DNA of 64,000 nt from a candidate division Kazan bacterium (GCA_003647645.1 QMNG01000001.1:73884-137883); one strand, 5' to 3'; numbered from the stretch's first letter, positions 20,039 through 29,131 are shown. Translations and numbers: made by a program. The notes: a model not told the origin generated them from the sequence alone.

Positions 20039-20243
20039 TAATCCCTCCCATCACAAGATGTTTCCATTGTACTGTAAAAACTACTCCTAGCCAAGATTTT
20101 AGAGCGTTTAATTTAACTAAAAAGCTGGCAAATACTCAGAAACAAAAGACATATTTTTTATATGTTCTAACCAAAACAGAACAGACAAGCTCCACGCCTG
20201 CCTGCCTGTGGCTGACAGTTTTCATTCTTCCTGTTTGAGTGGA

Positions 20244-20534
20244 CTATCTGCAGGCACAGGGCGCATTAGCATCACCAAGATCGACTTTACAGCTCGTCCC
20301 TTTGGGACAATTGTCGCCGCCTAAGCATCTTGGATGCATCCGCCCTGAGGTCCTGCAAGGACCCTCGCCACTCAGCGATGTGTCCATTTCCATTTCTGTT
20401 TCCGTCCTTGGTATCTCAAGGGATGCATTAGTCCCCTGATATTTCTGCACAAAAAGAAATATTAAGAGACCCGCGACTAATATGGCGACAATCCACATGC
20501 CTATCTGAGCACCTTTTTCCATTTTGGCTTTCAT
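20244..20534 (-). CDS. Small secreted cysteine-rich protein (8 Cys in the mature region)
   Basis: Signal-anchor IGMWIVAILVAGLLIFLFV followed by GPCRTSGRMHPRCLGGDNCPKGTSCKVDLGDANAPCACR. Confidence 0.4.
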   Translation of the reverse strand: MKAKMEKGAQIGMWIVAILVAGLLIFLFVQKYQGTNASLEIPRTETEMEMDTSLSGEGPCRTSGRMHPRCLGGDNCPKGTSCKVDLGDANAPCACR

Positions 20535-20618
20535 ATGTGCTCATTGTCTTACAGATCTAACTTAGTTGCAAGGAATCTGGATTTTCAACCAATGCTAATT
20601 CAGCCAGTTTTATCCGGG

Positions 20619-21131
20619 CTATTTTATTCTCCCACGGCGGGCGGCTTGGGCCTTTCTGATATTGCGAGCTTGTGCTCTTTTCTGAGCCAAGGTAGGTTTT
20701 TCCCTTTCCGGCACGTTTCTTCTTGGCTTAGCGGTAAACTTGTCCCCTATCATAAATTTAGTCGTCGAAGCCAATGTCTTGAGCACTTTTTTGGCTGCTG
20801 GGGTTTTGCCAACTAGTTTTCCGCCTACCTTGCGTGCGTCCGCTTTACTGATCAACCACTTGTGAGTCGCCCAGGAGCCACTCGACCGTCGGCCGGCGAC
20901 TCGCTGAATATGGCCCTTCTTCCCGACATCTTGAATACGAAAAGATCTAAACTCCGTCTTAGGCCGGACCGTTATATGATAGTATTGACCCTTGCCAGTT
21001 GAACCCGGTTTGGCTCTCCCACGACCCTGCGGTTGGGCCACAGCTCTCTTTCTTGAACCCATCTTTCGCCATTTGGCTTGGGCTTTTTTGATGTTTCTTT
21101 TGGCAGCTGCAATCTGTTTGCGTGTAGCCAT
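20619..21131 (-). CDS. Highly basic Lys/Arg/Ala-rich protein, possible nucleic-acid-binding, hypothetical
   Basis: Start placed at the internal ATG (MATRKQIAAAKRN) preceded by SD GGAGGGGG, not the upstream-extended ORF; AKK/RKAQA repeats. Confidence 0.5.
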   Translation of the reverse strand: MATRKQIAAAKRNIKKAQAKWRKMGSRKRAVAQPQGRGRAKPGSTGKGQYYHITVRPKTEFRSFRIQDVGKKGHIQRVAGRRSSGSWATHKWLISKADARKVGGKLVGKTPAAKKVLKTLASTTKFMIGDKFTAKPRRNVPEREKPTLAQKRAQARNIRKAQAARRGRIK

Positions 21132-21344
21132 AATACCCCCTCCGGACCGGAAGCCCTTCTCACCGAGCCAGAGCATTTCCCAAGCCGGCGACTGAGCTGA
21201 AGGTCCGCAAAAAAATAATATCACTTGCATTATACACCGATAATTTATTGCCGTTTAAGTCGAAGCTGAAATTTTAAAAACATCTTCCGCTGGAAGGTTT
21301 GGATATATGAGGAGCTGGTTCTTGACCATTATTAAAAATCGACC

Positions 21345-21487
21345 AACAGCTCATCCCGCACCGTCTAGTGCTGAGATGGCAAAACAAATGGGTTCAAGAC
21401 TTGCCCCAAAGAAGAGAAAATGAGCCTCTCTGAGTTCAACCGAGGAGGATAGGATTAAGTCCGAAACCTCAGAGAAAAAATAGATGG
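21345..21487. repeat. Intergenic repeat family, copy C
   Basis: Shares ...TGGCA..GGTTCAAGACTTGCCCCAAAGAAGAGAAAATGAGCCTCTCTGAG... with copies A and B; ends 5 nt before the stop codon of the minus-strand methyltransferase gene. Confidence 0.5.
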
Positions 21488-21491
21488 GTTA

Positions 21492-22307
21492 CTATGTTTT
21501 TCTACAGATAATCAAAATATGTTCACTCATCCCGACAACTACAGGATGTGTACAAATTTTATAATGTGTTTCCAGCCAAATTTTCCAGCGTTTTTTATTT
21601 TTCGCAAGTTTATTTATCTTTTTTTGAAAATGAGATCCTAGGCCTTCCAAACCAACCATTTCTAAAATTTTAACACTCTTTTTTGCAAAAGATTCTTTTA
21701 GTTCTTCAGGCAAGAAAAAATGGCAGGCGGTAAATCCGTATCCTCCGGTATAATCTCCTGTATCGCGAATTTTCCGAAAAAGCGGGTGTTCTATCTCTTG
21801 GGGAAAAAGTTTGAGCTGTGACACCAGCAGCGACCATCTGCTCATAACAGAAACAAAAATTGGTGCACCCTTTTTTGCTACACGAATCAATTCTGATATT
21901 GCCTTATTTCTTTCTTCTTTGTCCAATACATGCGAGAGCGGACCGCCCAAACAAATTACCCCATCAAATGTGCCATTGGCGAATTTAGACAGATCAGTAA
22001 TCGAACCATCTACAACGTCGTTAACTCTATTTTGTAAGTTCGCTTTTTTAATCTGTCTTTTCGCAAACTCAAGATTCGCTGACGTTAAATCTAACAAAAC
22101 AATATTGTAACCTTGCTTAGCAAGCTCAATGGTATATCTACCGGGGCCACCGCCAGCATCCAAAATTAAGCCCTTCTTGGGAAGATATTTTTTAAGAAAG
22201 TATAGAGTGGTATCAAACTCTAACTTATAATAGGCACTATTGATTAATCTTCTCCATTCTTTGCGAACATACCCCGTATAATATTTTTTTACCAATTGTT
22301 TACTCAT
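21492..22307 (-). CDS. Class I SAM-dependent methyltransferase
   Basis: Motif I ILDAGGGPGRYTIELA, motif II IVLLDLT, and GVICLGGPLSHV. Confidence 0.75.
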   Translation of the reverse strand: MSKQLVKKYYTGYVRKEWRRLINSAYYKLEFDTTLYFLKKYLPKKGLILDAGGGPGRYTIELAKQGYNIVLLDLTSANLEFAKRQIKKANLQNRVNDVVDGSITDLSKFANGTFDGVICLGGPLSHVLDKEERNKAISELIRVAKKGAPIFVSVMSRWSLLVSQLKLFPQEIEHPLFRKIRDTGDYTGGYGFTACHFFLPEELKESFAKKSVKILEMVGLEGLGSHFQKKINKLAKNKKRWKIWLETHYKICTHPVVVGMSEHILIICRKT

Positions 22308-22464
22308 AAATCTAGTATATCATCCTGATTTTTTTAACACCTCAAAATTTGAGGTGTTAAATTTTGGGTTCTGGTTGGCAAGAGGGAATGAAACAGTATT
22401 AAAAAAGCCCCATGTCCGTCAAATGACAGGCACAGGGCGGGGTACAATGCTTCCGCGGGATTGG

Positions 22465-23082
22465 CTATTGAGTGCTAGCAGGGACGGTAATCTCAGCAAC
22501 GGGGCAAGAAGCAAAATCAACCATGTAGCCGAATACCTCGGTCTCTGAAATACGCTTAAGTATTTCACCGCAAATCATTGTGTCAGGATCTCCAGAGGCT
22601 AACCACTCCTCGGCAATAGGGAGTAATTCCTTGCGCCCTTCATCAAAGCGGCGCACAAATGCCTCTAAAGTCAGTAACCACGGGTCTTCCTCTTGGGAAC
22701 GAGCGAGGGAGTAAAGATGGGGACTTACGAGGTAAGGATAGTCAGATTCTGTGGGCCATACGACGCCAAAGAGAAATCCCTCTGGCTTATGGAAGCTAAT
22801 ACCTCCCTTCTCACTATCGTAGCAAGGATTTAAGCCTAGAGTTACTCTCCATTCCTTGCGACATACCGAAGCTCTTTCCTCAATAAGATCCGACAACCTG
22901 GAGCTGTCTGGAAGGATGACTTTTATATACTGTACCTTTACATACAGCTCGCTGCCTCGGTACTCAGTAGTCCATCTTGCGTCCCGGCTGCTTGTCAAGT
23001 TAGCCCCAGAAACAACACTGGTTGCCATCAGCACCAGAAAAACAGTTAACAGAAGCTTCAAGATTCTTCGCACCTTTTTCAC
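22465..23082 (-). CDS. Secreted protein, hypothetical (GTG start; true start may be 9 nt downstream)
   Basis: Signal peptide KKVRRILKLLLTVFLVLMATSVVSGA; SD AAGGAGG abuts the first GTG. Confidence 0.4.
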   Translation of the reverse strand: MKKVRRILKLLLTVFLVLMATSVVSGANLTSSRDARWTTEYRGSELYVKVQYIKVILPDSSRLSDLIEERASVCRKEWRVTLGLNPCYDSEKGGISFHKPEGFLFGVVWPTESDYPYLVSPHLYSLARSQEEDPWLLTLEAFVRRFDEGRKELLPIAEEWLASGDPDTMICGEILKRISETEVFGYMVDFASCPVAEITVPASTQ

Positions 23083-23103
23083 CTCCTTAGAGTACTGCTC
23101 CCA

Positions 23104-23607
23104 TTAGAAACAGCCACGGGGTTCAGGATAGGAGGAAAGTAAAATAAGGCCTCCCTCCAACTTCACTTTTAGGTCACCGTAGGTTATTAATCCTAACAGA
23201 TAGTCTCTACCCGAGTCTGGAGTCGCGCCATAGACAGATAAATTGTAGGCAGATAGACCTTTAAATCCTGGGACCTCAAAGGGATAATAAATGATCCCAC
23301 CAGGCATAAAGTTGCCTATCTCCACTTGATGCATCCTCAAGAACACGCCTGGATTTCCCTTGGCATACGGGTTGTGCGGCCATTCGTATCCATCAAGATA
23401 ACCCTCCTCTACTAAGATCTGCAGATCAGGAGGATATTCGCCAGACGGGTTATACATCGCATAGCGCTCTATTGCGAGTTGCACTTTGTGAAGGTTCTCT
23501 ACTGCCATCCTGTCATTCTCTGTCCACTCGTACCCAGACTCTACCCAACTACCACTGATAAACAGAAGATCCATCAGTAGCAATAACACTAGACACACCC
23601 TTTTCAC
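23104..23607 (-). CDS. Secreted protein with pseudopilin (GspG)-like domain, hypothetical
   Basis: Start re-assigned to GTG (MKRVCLVLLLL...) 5 nt after SD GAGGAGG; mature region AVENLHKVQLAIERYAMYNPSGEYPPDLQILVEEGYL...PHNPY resembles the GspG/pseudopilin globular domain; no canonical prepilin GFTLIE motif. Confidence 0.35.
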   Translation of the reverse strand: MKRVCLVLLLLMDLLFISGSWVESGYEWTENDRMAVENLHKVQLAIERYAMYNPSGEYPPDLQILVEEGYLDGYEWPHNPYAKGNPGVFLRMHQVEIGNFMPGGIIYYPFEVPGFKGLSAYNLSVYGATPDSGRDYLLGLITYGDLKVKLEGGLILLSSYPEPRGCF

Positions 23608-23920
23608 TCGAATCACCTCCTCAGTGTCTTGATGTAAAAGGGCAAACTTGGTTTCAGTATAACAGAAACAGTATCGCACCATATCATTCACGAGAGGATT
23701 TCTAGAAATTTTATAATCTAAAGCAAAAAGAGAAACACTACAGTCATTTTGATTTTATAACTATTGGCAAAGCAACACGGTTTCGATGTTACCCCCAAGG
23801 AGTAAAATTAGGATCTTTTTGAGCTATTTCTGCCTCTACGATTCGTTATAGAATTTTGTAAGAGAAAATAAGACATTATTCACTAGAGAACAACCCTAGA
23901 ATTCAAAAATTGAAAACAAC

Positions 23921-23959
23921 ATTATTTAAAATACCCGTGTAGTAATTGATATCACACGG
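23921..23959 (-). terminator. Rho-independent terminator of the TetR/small-peptide transcript
   Basis: Minus strand: CCGUGUGAUAUCAAUUACUACACGG hairpin followed by GUAUUUUAAAUAAU. Confidence 0.45.
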
Positions 23960-23991
23960 ATATTTTATCGAACTGGATAATACCAATTAAT

Positions 23992-24078
23992 TTACTTCTT
24001 AATAAACCAAAAATAGCAGCCAACTAACACTACCACAACGACTACTGCACCAATAATCCACATGTACATAGGATCCAT
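23992..24078 (-). CDS. 28-aa hydrophobic peptide (MDPMYMWIIGAVVVVVVLVGCYFWFIKK), predicted single TM
   Basis: Below the ORF-track cutoff; SD GGAGG 8 nt upstream of ATG; lies between tetR and its terminator. Confidence 0.35.
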   Translation of the reverse strand: MDPMYMWIIGAVVVVVVLVGCYFWFIKK

Positions 24079-24132
24079 TTGATTCCTCCATAGTGATTAA
24101 TAATATAACAAAAAATATATTAAACTATCCAA

Positions 24133-24696
24133 TTATTTCAATGTGGATACATTCAATAGCGTCATTGTAGCCTGCTTGGCCGCTTTTTGAGCATTAAACT
24201 TTTTGGAGCTAAGAGAACGTTCCAATAATAATCCGTCCATCATATTGATAAGCAACGGAATTGATATACAATTGCCAAGCTCACCAATAATTTCCCTAGC
24301 ATATGAACGAACCAGATCATACATCTGCTTGCGAAAACGAACAATATAGCCAGATAGCTGTGGCAGATTGTCCGATGACTGAGTTATTATCATTCTGATC
24401 AGGCCACCCTTGCCCAAATTAAAATTCAAATATCTTTCTATTAGCATCCGTAGTTTTTGAACGGGTGTTTTCTCGGCTTGTATCACTTGTAAATGCTGGC
24501 GGAAATCCTGATAGATTTTATCTAAGACATGTTTGTATATAACCAGCTTGCTGGGATAGTGATAATAAAGAGCTGCTTTGGTAATGTTAAGATCCTTAGC
24601 AATTTGACTCATGGACACGCCCGCGTAGGTATATTTGGCAAATAATTGGCTAGATGTTTCAATGATACGAGTTTTGGTATTTGAAAGCGTCGACAT
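24133..24696 (-). CDS. TetR-family transcriptional regulator
   Basis: HTH region TRIIETSSQLFAKYTYAGVSMSQIAKDLNITKAALYYHY; start set at MSTLSN (alternative upstream ATG at 24750); divergent from a hydrolase gene. Confidence 0.65.
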   Translation of the reverse strand: MSTLSNTKTRIIETSSQLFAKYTYAGVSMSQIAKDLNITKAALYYHYPSKLVIYKHVLDKIYQDFRQHLQVIQAEKTPVQKLRMLIERYLNFNLGKGGLIRMIITQSSDNLPQLSGYIVRFRKQMYDLVRSYAREIIGELGNCISIPLLINMMDGLLLERSLSSKKFNAQKAAKQATMTLLNVSTLK

Positions 24697-24792
24697 AACT
24701 AATAATACTTTATTAACCGTTCGGTAAGTTGCTATAATTGTACCATACAAGTATAAAATGCCAATTAGAGATTTCGCATCAAAAAGAATGGT

Positions 24793-25692
24793 ATGACCAA
24801 GAATAAAATCTCCAACTTCAGTTTTGGTATATTATCTGTAATATTGCTGACGATAGGATTGTTGACTTTTATATGGTATTCCCCGACAGAGATTAAAATA
24901 AACAATCCCGACGGGAAAACTGTTGATATACAAAACCGGTATGGACTCAATATTGCTGTTTCAATCGACACCGTAGATCGCTCCCGTGGATTAGCTTTCA
25001 TGGCTCATGGGTTCGGAGGCAATAAAGAAGATGACAATATTCTGTCTCTAGCAAAAATTTTTAACAATCACGGATATTCTACAATCCGTTTTGATGCTAC
25101 AAATTCTACTGGTCAGAGTGAGGGAGATTTGGCCTATGCTAATTCCATCACATATAGAGATGACCTATTTGATATAATCACATGGGCTAAAACTCAAGAA
25201 TGGTACCAAGAGCCGTTCTATCTTTGCGGTTACAGTCTTGGAGCAGTAGCTTCAATCGCTTATGCCGAGAATCACCCCACAGAAGTTAAGGGTCTAGTTG
25301 CAATTTCGCCGGTAGTGGCTGGTCAATTATATATCACCGATGTATACAAACGAGACATCGAGGACTGGGAACAGGTTTGGCTGCAACTCAACAAACTATA
25401 TTTATATTCTCAGAACCACGGTGACACCCATGCCACAAGGTGGCTGCCGTTAATACTAGATATAATGAGGTTTAATTTAATACAATCGGCTGACAAGTTA
25501 ACAATGCCAGTTTTGATAGTTGTAGGCCAAGAAGATTTATTGGCACCGCCAGAACACCAGCAAAAGTTATTACAAGCCATCAGCGGCGATGCGGAGTTAA
25601 TTATAATTGAACACGGAGATCATTTCTTTGAATCAGGCGAGCATTTGAAAGACCTTATAGAAAAAGTAGAAAACTGGCTAAAAATCCATTGA
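24793..25692 (+). CDS. Alpha/beta-hydrolase fold protein
   Basis: HGFGGNK oxyanion region, nucleophile elbow GYSLG, C-terminal EHGDHFF with catalytic His. Confidence 0.7.
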   Translation: MTKNKISNFSFGILSVILLTIGLLTFIWYSPTEIKINNPDGKTVDIQNRYGLNIAVSIDTVDRSRGLAFMAHGFGGNKEDDNILSLAKIFNNHGYSTIRFDATNSTGQSEGDLAYANSITYRDDLFDIITWAKTQEWYQEPFYLCGYSLGAVASIAYAENHPTEVKGLVAISPVVAGQLYITDVYKRDIEDWEQVWLQLNKLYLYSQNHGDTHATRWLPLILDIMRFNLIQSADKLTMPVLIVVGQEDLLAPPEHQQKLLQAISGDAELIIIEHGDHFFESGEHLKDLIEKVENWLKIH

Positions 25693-25737
25693 TGCAAAAA
25701 CAGGTTCTTGTATTAACCAATAAAGGCACTTGCGACA

Positions 25738-26325
25738 ATGAAAACCAATAAAACAAAAAATGGATTAATTGTCTCTCCAACTCTTCAAACGATTATTCTA
25801 ACGGTCGTTTTTGGTATTGCCTTTGCCCTTGTAGAAGCAGCCATAGTAATTTACCTGCGGAAATTATTCGGTATTGACGGAAACTACGAGCTTCCCATCC
25901 CAACCAAGGAAGACATTATGGTGGCCTTGCCCCATTTTGTTGTTTTGAAATCTATCTGGGGAAAAACCATTATCCCCCAAGCAAACATTCTTTATATTGA
26001 GCTTATGAGAGAAGCGGCCACCATTATAATGTTGGCTACAGTTGGAATATTAGCAGCTAGACACTGGTGGCAACGTTTAGGAGTTTTTCTAATTGCCTTT
26101 GGCATCTGGGACATTTTTTATTATGTCTTCCTCTATTTATTTTTGGGTTGGCCTCCCACTCTCAAAACTTATGATGTTCTTTTCCTTATTCCTGGTCCTT
26201 GGATTGCTCCTGTTTGGCTTCCTATTTTAATCTCAATAGTAATGATTTGCCTAGGTTGTTATCTAGTGGCCACGCCAAATATAGCAACCAAAATTTCTGT
26301 TTTCAGATCAAGTCGATCAAAATAG
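25738..26325 (+). CDS. Integral membrane protein (5-6 TM), hypothetical
   Basis: Hydrophobic profile only. Confidence 0.4.
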   Translation: MKTNKTKNGLIVSPTLQTIILTVVFGIAFALVEAAIVIYLRKLFGIDGNYELPIPTKEDIMVALPHFVVLKSIWGKTIIPQANILYIELMREAATIIMLATVGILAARHWWQRLGVFLIAFGIWDIFYYVFLYLFLGWPPTLKTYDVLFLIPGPWIAPVWLPILISIVMICLGCYLVATPNIATKISVFRSSRSK

Positions 26326-26439
26326 CAAATAATATAAAACACCGCTCCTAGGCAAGGTTTCTCTTAGGTACTTTATCCCTGCCTGCCGGCAGGTAGATCC
26401 GCCAAGAGGAGGAAATTCATCAAAGATAAACGGCTCATC

Positions 26440-26470
26440 AACGGCTCATGAGCCGTTGGGCTTTTCTCTG
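26440..26470 (+). terminator. Rho-independent terminator
   Basis: Perfect palindrome AACGGCTCATGAGCCGTT followed by GGGCTTTTCTCTG. Confidence 0.5.
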
Positions 26471-26650
26471 GCAGGCCATAGTGGTTCAGCACTACTCCCA
26501 AAGGAGGGGAATTTAGACCTCTTTGAGCTTAGTTGAGGAGGACAAGTTTAGCTAGCCCGGTCGTAACTCGAAGAGCGAAGTCGGATCTAGAATCATAAGG
26601 AGAACCCGCCTACGCCAAGGCTTCGGAACGGGCAAGAATGAGACAAATTA
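26440..26650. repeat. Intergenic repeat family, copy A (includes a ~30-nt internal insertion)
   Basis: ...TGGCAGGCCATAGTGGTTCAGCACTACTCCCAAAGGAGGGGAATTTAGACCTCTTTGAGC...AATGAGACAAATT ends at the patatin stop codon. Confidence 0.5.
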
Positions 26651-26651
26651 C

Positions 26652-27449
26652 CTAAATAAGTCGCCGGATTTTCGGCAGAGCAGCTTTAGTATAGCGCTCG
26701 CCAACAGAGATGAGTTTCTTGGTATCCCAAGCCACCTCATCTATAAGCTTACCGCTTCGACTATGAATAGTAATTACAACATCGGCATCGCCTGCCTCGC
26801 GATCAGCTAGATTATATCTAAGTGCGTCTATTGAGGTCAGGGCAATAGACATAAAACCCGGCTTAGAAACACGACGATAATCAAAAAGATCGCCTTCTAT
26901 ATTGACGGCTATCACTATGTCGGCGCCCATATCTCTCGCCGCCTTCACGGGTACCGGCATAGACAGACCGCCATCGGCCAATATCTGGCCATGATAGGTC
27001 ACTGGTCTAAATACCAGCGGAACGGAGATACTGGCTCGGATAGCTTTGGTCAGATCGCCTTGATTAAAATAGACGGGCTTTCCCGTCATTAAGTCAGTAG
27101 CCACAATAGTTGTGGGGATCATAAGCTTTTCCATATTTACAGAACCCACTTGGCTCTGTATTATTTTTTCTATCTTAGACCCGCGTATCAATCCCTGTTT
27201 TACAGAGACGTCAATGAGTGAGAGCGCCTTTTTCCACCCCACTGAAAGGAGTGCTTTTTCTATCAGTGTAATGTCTTTATGAATAGCGTAAACTCCACCG
27301 ATCATCGCGCCAATACTAGAGCCGGCGATATAATCGACGGGGATACCAGCTTCTTCAAGCGCTTTAATCACACCTATATGAGCAAGACCACGGGAACCTC
27401 CGCTACCTAACGCCAAACCTATTTGGGGACGATTGGTGGATATATTCAT
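26652..27449 (-). CDS. Patatin-like phospholipase
   Basis: GSGGSRGLAHIG oxyanion motif, GSSIG nucleophile elbow, ADGGL catalytic Asp; start set at the internal ATG (MNISTNRPQIGLALGSGG). Confidence 0.75.
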   Translation of the reverse strand: MNISTNRPQIGLALGSGGSRGLAHIGVIKALEEAGIPVDYIAGSSIGAMIGGVYAIHKDITLIEKALLSVGWKKALSLIDVSVKQGLIRGSKIEKIIQSQVGSVNMEKLMIPTTIVATDLMTGKPVYFNQGDLTKAIRASISVPLVFRPVTYHGQILADGGLSMPVPVKAARDMGADIVIAVNIEGDLFDYRRVSKPGFMSIALTSIDALRYNLADREAGDADVVITIHSRSGKLIDEVAWDTKKLISVGERYTKAALPKIRRLI

Positions 27450-27596
27450 GGAAACGATTTGCACACTTATTGGCAGGCCAACATGGTTGAGGAAAAGCGA
27501 GAGGTGCTGAATGCTATCAAGCACAAGCTGGTGATGGACGGCCCCACAAAGTGACACTGGCATGACTACTGCTTGGTCACCCCTGCCCAGGTATAC

Positions 27597-28166
27597 TTAC
27601 AACCCAACCGCGTTAGCTCCATACTCTGCTTGCGCTTGTGTGAATTTCTCGTATTTCAACTGTTCAATTAAACCGTCGCGGGAAAAAGATGAAAATTCCA
27701 TATAAGATTTGGCCGATTTAGCCGCTTGCTCATTCCAGTCAGCGCCAGAATGATCTACGCCATAAACCGCATCATCATGTGAAAACTTTTCGTACTCTAA
27801 TTGATCGACCAGTCCGTCACGAGAAAAACCTCCGAAAGCCAAATAGGATTTGGCTGTTTGAACCGCATTCTTCTGACTAACCGTTATGCTGGGTGTTGGT
27901 GTTGTGCTCGGCGCAGGTGCATTGTTTTGGCTGAAGGTTGATTCCGAAGTTGGCGCAGTAGCTGCTGGTTGGGATGTTTCGGGAACTCGAGTTGTCCCAT
28001 CTACATTCTCAACCACATTAGAACTCTCTTGCTCCGAGGAGCCGTCTTCTGGAACGTCTGGGAGATTGAGAATCCCGATGATCATCAGGACGATGACGGC
28101 TAGTACCCAAAACCACCATGTTTTATATATTGGTTTTTCCTTTTTGATAGGCACTATTTCACTCAT
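27597..28166 (-). CDS. Membrane-anchored protein with two Ltp-family repeats (phage superinfection-exclusion lipoprotein-like)
   Basis: N-terminal TM, Pro/Thr/Ser-rich linker, then two repeats: AKSYLAFGGFSRDGLVDQLEYEKFSHDDAVYGV and AKSYMEFSSFSRDGLIEQLKYEKFTQAQAEYGA. Confidence 0.6.
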   Translation of the reverse strand: MSEIVPIKKEKPIYKTWWFWVLAVIVLMIIGILNLPDVPEDGSSEQESSNVVENVDGTTRVPETSQPAATAPTSESTFSQNNAPAPSTTPTPSITVSQKNAVQTAKSYLAFGGFSRDGLVDQLEYEKFSHDDAVYGVDHSGADWNEQAAKSAKSYMEFSSFSRDGLIEQLKYEKFTQAQAEYGANAVGL

Positions 28167-28417
28167 CTTCTTACCTATTAACTTTTATAACCAAAAGAGG
28201 GCAAACCTCACACTTAATCAACCCATAACTTCTACTCCGAAGAATAGTCATCACGGTAAGTAGAGCATCTGCCCACCTTTAACCGTGATGACGGAGTGAA
28301 AGAACTACAATTCGGAGTTTTCAATATGCGTAAAAAGCTATGAGTTGACGAAACCATCATAGCATAAAATCAACCCCTGCGAAGGGTTTATTGCTTACTG
28401 GGCTTGACTTCTTGGGG

Positions 28418-28461
28418 GTTTTAGGGGGATGGGTCTAATGACACCCGCCCTTGTTGGCAGG
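28418..28461. repeat. att-like direct repeat, left copy (TTTTAGGGGGATGGG...CCCTTGTTGGCAGGG)
   Basis: 36/44 identical to 31084-31128, which overlaps the tRNA-Trp 3' end. Confidence 0.55.
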
Positions 28462-28565
28462 GCAGCTCGGTTCAGGACTGGCCCCAAAGGAGGAAAAATG
28501 AAGGATTTGAGTAGGCCATCTGCCACTTGGGTTCATTATAGAACCTAAGGAGAAAATGAGACAGC
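28451..28565. repeat. Intergenic repeat family, copy B
   Basis: TGGCAGGGCAGCTCGGTTCAGGACTGGCCCCAAAGGAGGAAAAATGAAGGATTTGAG...TAAGGAGAAAATGAGACAGC; ends ~8 nt before the stop of the 186-aa gene. Confidence 0.5.
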
Positions 28566-28570
28566 AATTC

Positions 28571-29131
28571 CTACGACGTATGTCTTTTGAGTGCCATTTG
28601 AGTAACTTTACCGCTGTTAGAGAAAGTTTGACGCAATTTTGCGGTGGCTTCTTTCAACTCATTGGCATCAATGGTCCAAGCAGGGTGAACAGTCCATTCA
28701 GTCAACCTCAACATAGCCAAAGCTTGTCGAAATTCGCTATAGTACGCAATAATATCATTCAGCAAACCCAATCGTGAACCATATGATTCGACCAACAAAT
28801 CCTTACTTGGTCCATTGTATATATAACTACCAATTACCCAAACTGATATCTTGGCCGAATTTCTATCAGGTTGAACATGTCCTGCCGCAACACGACGAAG
28901 TTGCTTGAAATGTTTAAGAGTAGCAGGTTGTTTCATTTGGTCCGCTAAATATTTGTCAGCAAAATCAGTTAGGTTACATACGCTAATTAACAATTTATCT
29001 AGTACACATCTAAATCCCCAATCCATTTGTTGGGCATTAGAAAGATACTTGATACTCTGTAAAGCATCACCAAGCGAGACAAGTAAAGCCATTTCTTCCC
29101 CCTTGCTAGGTTGTTGCTTTGTGGTTTTCAT
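28571..29131 (-). CDS. Cytoplasmic protein, hypothetical; contains an Rx5H motif (LRRVAAGH) reminiscent of HEPN
   Basis: Last gene of a tightly packed 4-gene minus-strand cassette; single motif only. Confidence 0.3.
   Translation of the reverse strand: MKTTKQQPSKGEEMALLVSLGDALQSIKYLSNAQQMDWGFRCVLDKLLISVCNLTDFADKYLADQMKQPATLKHFKQLRRVAAGHVQPDRNSAKISVWVIGSYIYNGPSKDLLVESYGSRLGLLNDIIAYYSEFRQALAMLRLTEWTVHPAWTIDANELKEATAKLRQTFSNSGKVTQMALKRHTS

Noticed and set aside
20619-21230. Upstream-extended 203-aa version of the basic-protein ORF
   Set aside because: The internal ATG at 21131 is preceded by a strong GGAGGGGG SD. The 33-aa extension has no SD and overlaps repeat C sequence.
21345-28565. Interpretation of the repeat copies A, B and C as integron attC sites (a sedentary chromosomal integron)
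   Set aside because: No intI or attI in the window. The expected RYYYAAC/GTTRRRY core sites are not found at the element ends.
28556-28777. Plus-strand 73-aa ORF with a strong SD (TAAGGAG) overlapping the 186-aa minus-strand gene
   Set aside because: The SD and ATG are part of the conserved repeat element, not gene-specific, and the ORF is fully antisense to a better-supported gene. It is kept only as a note.
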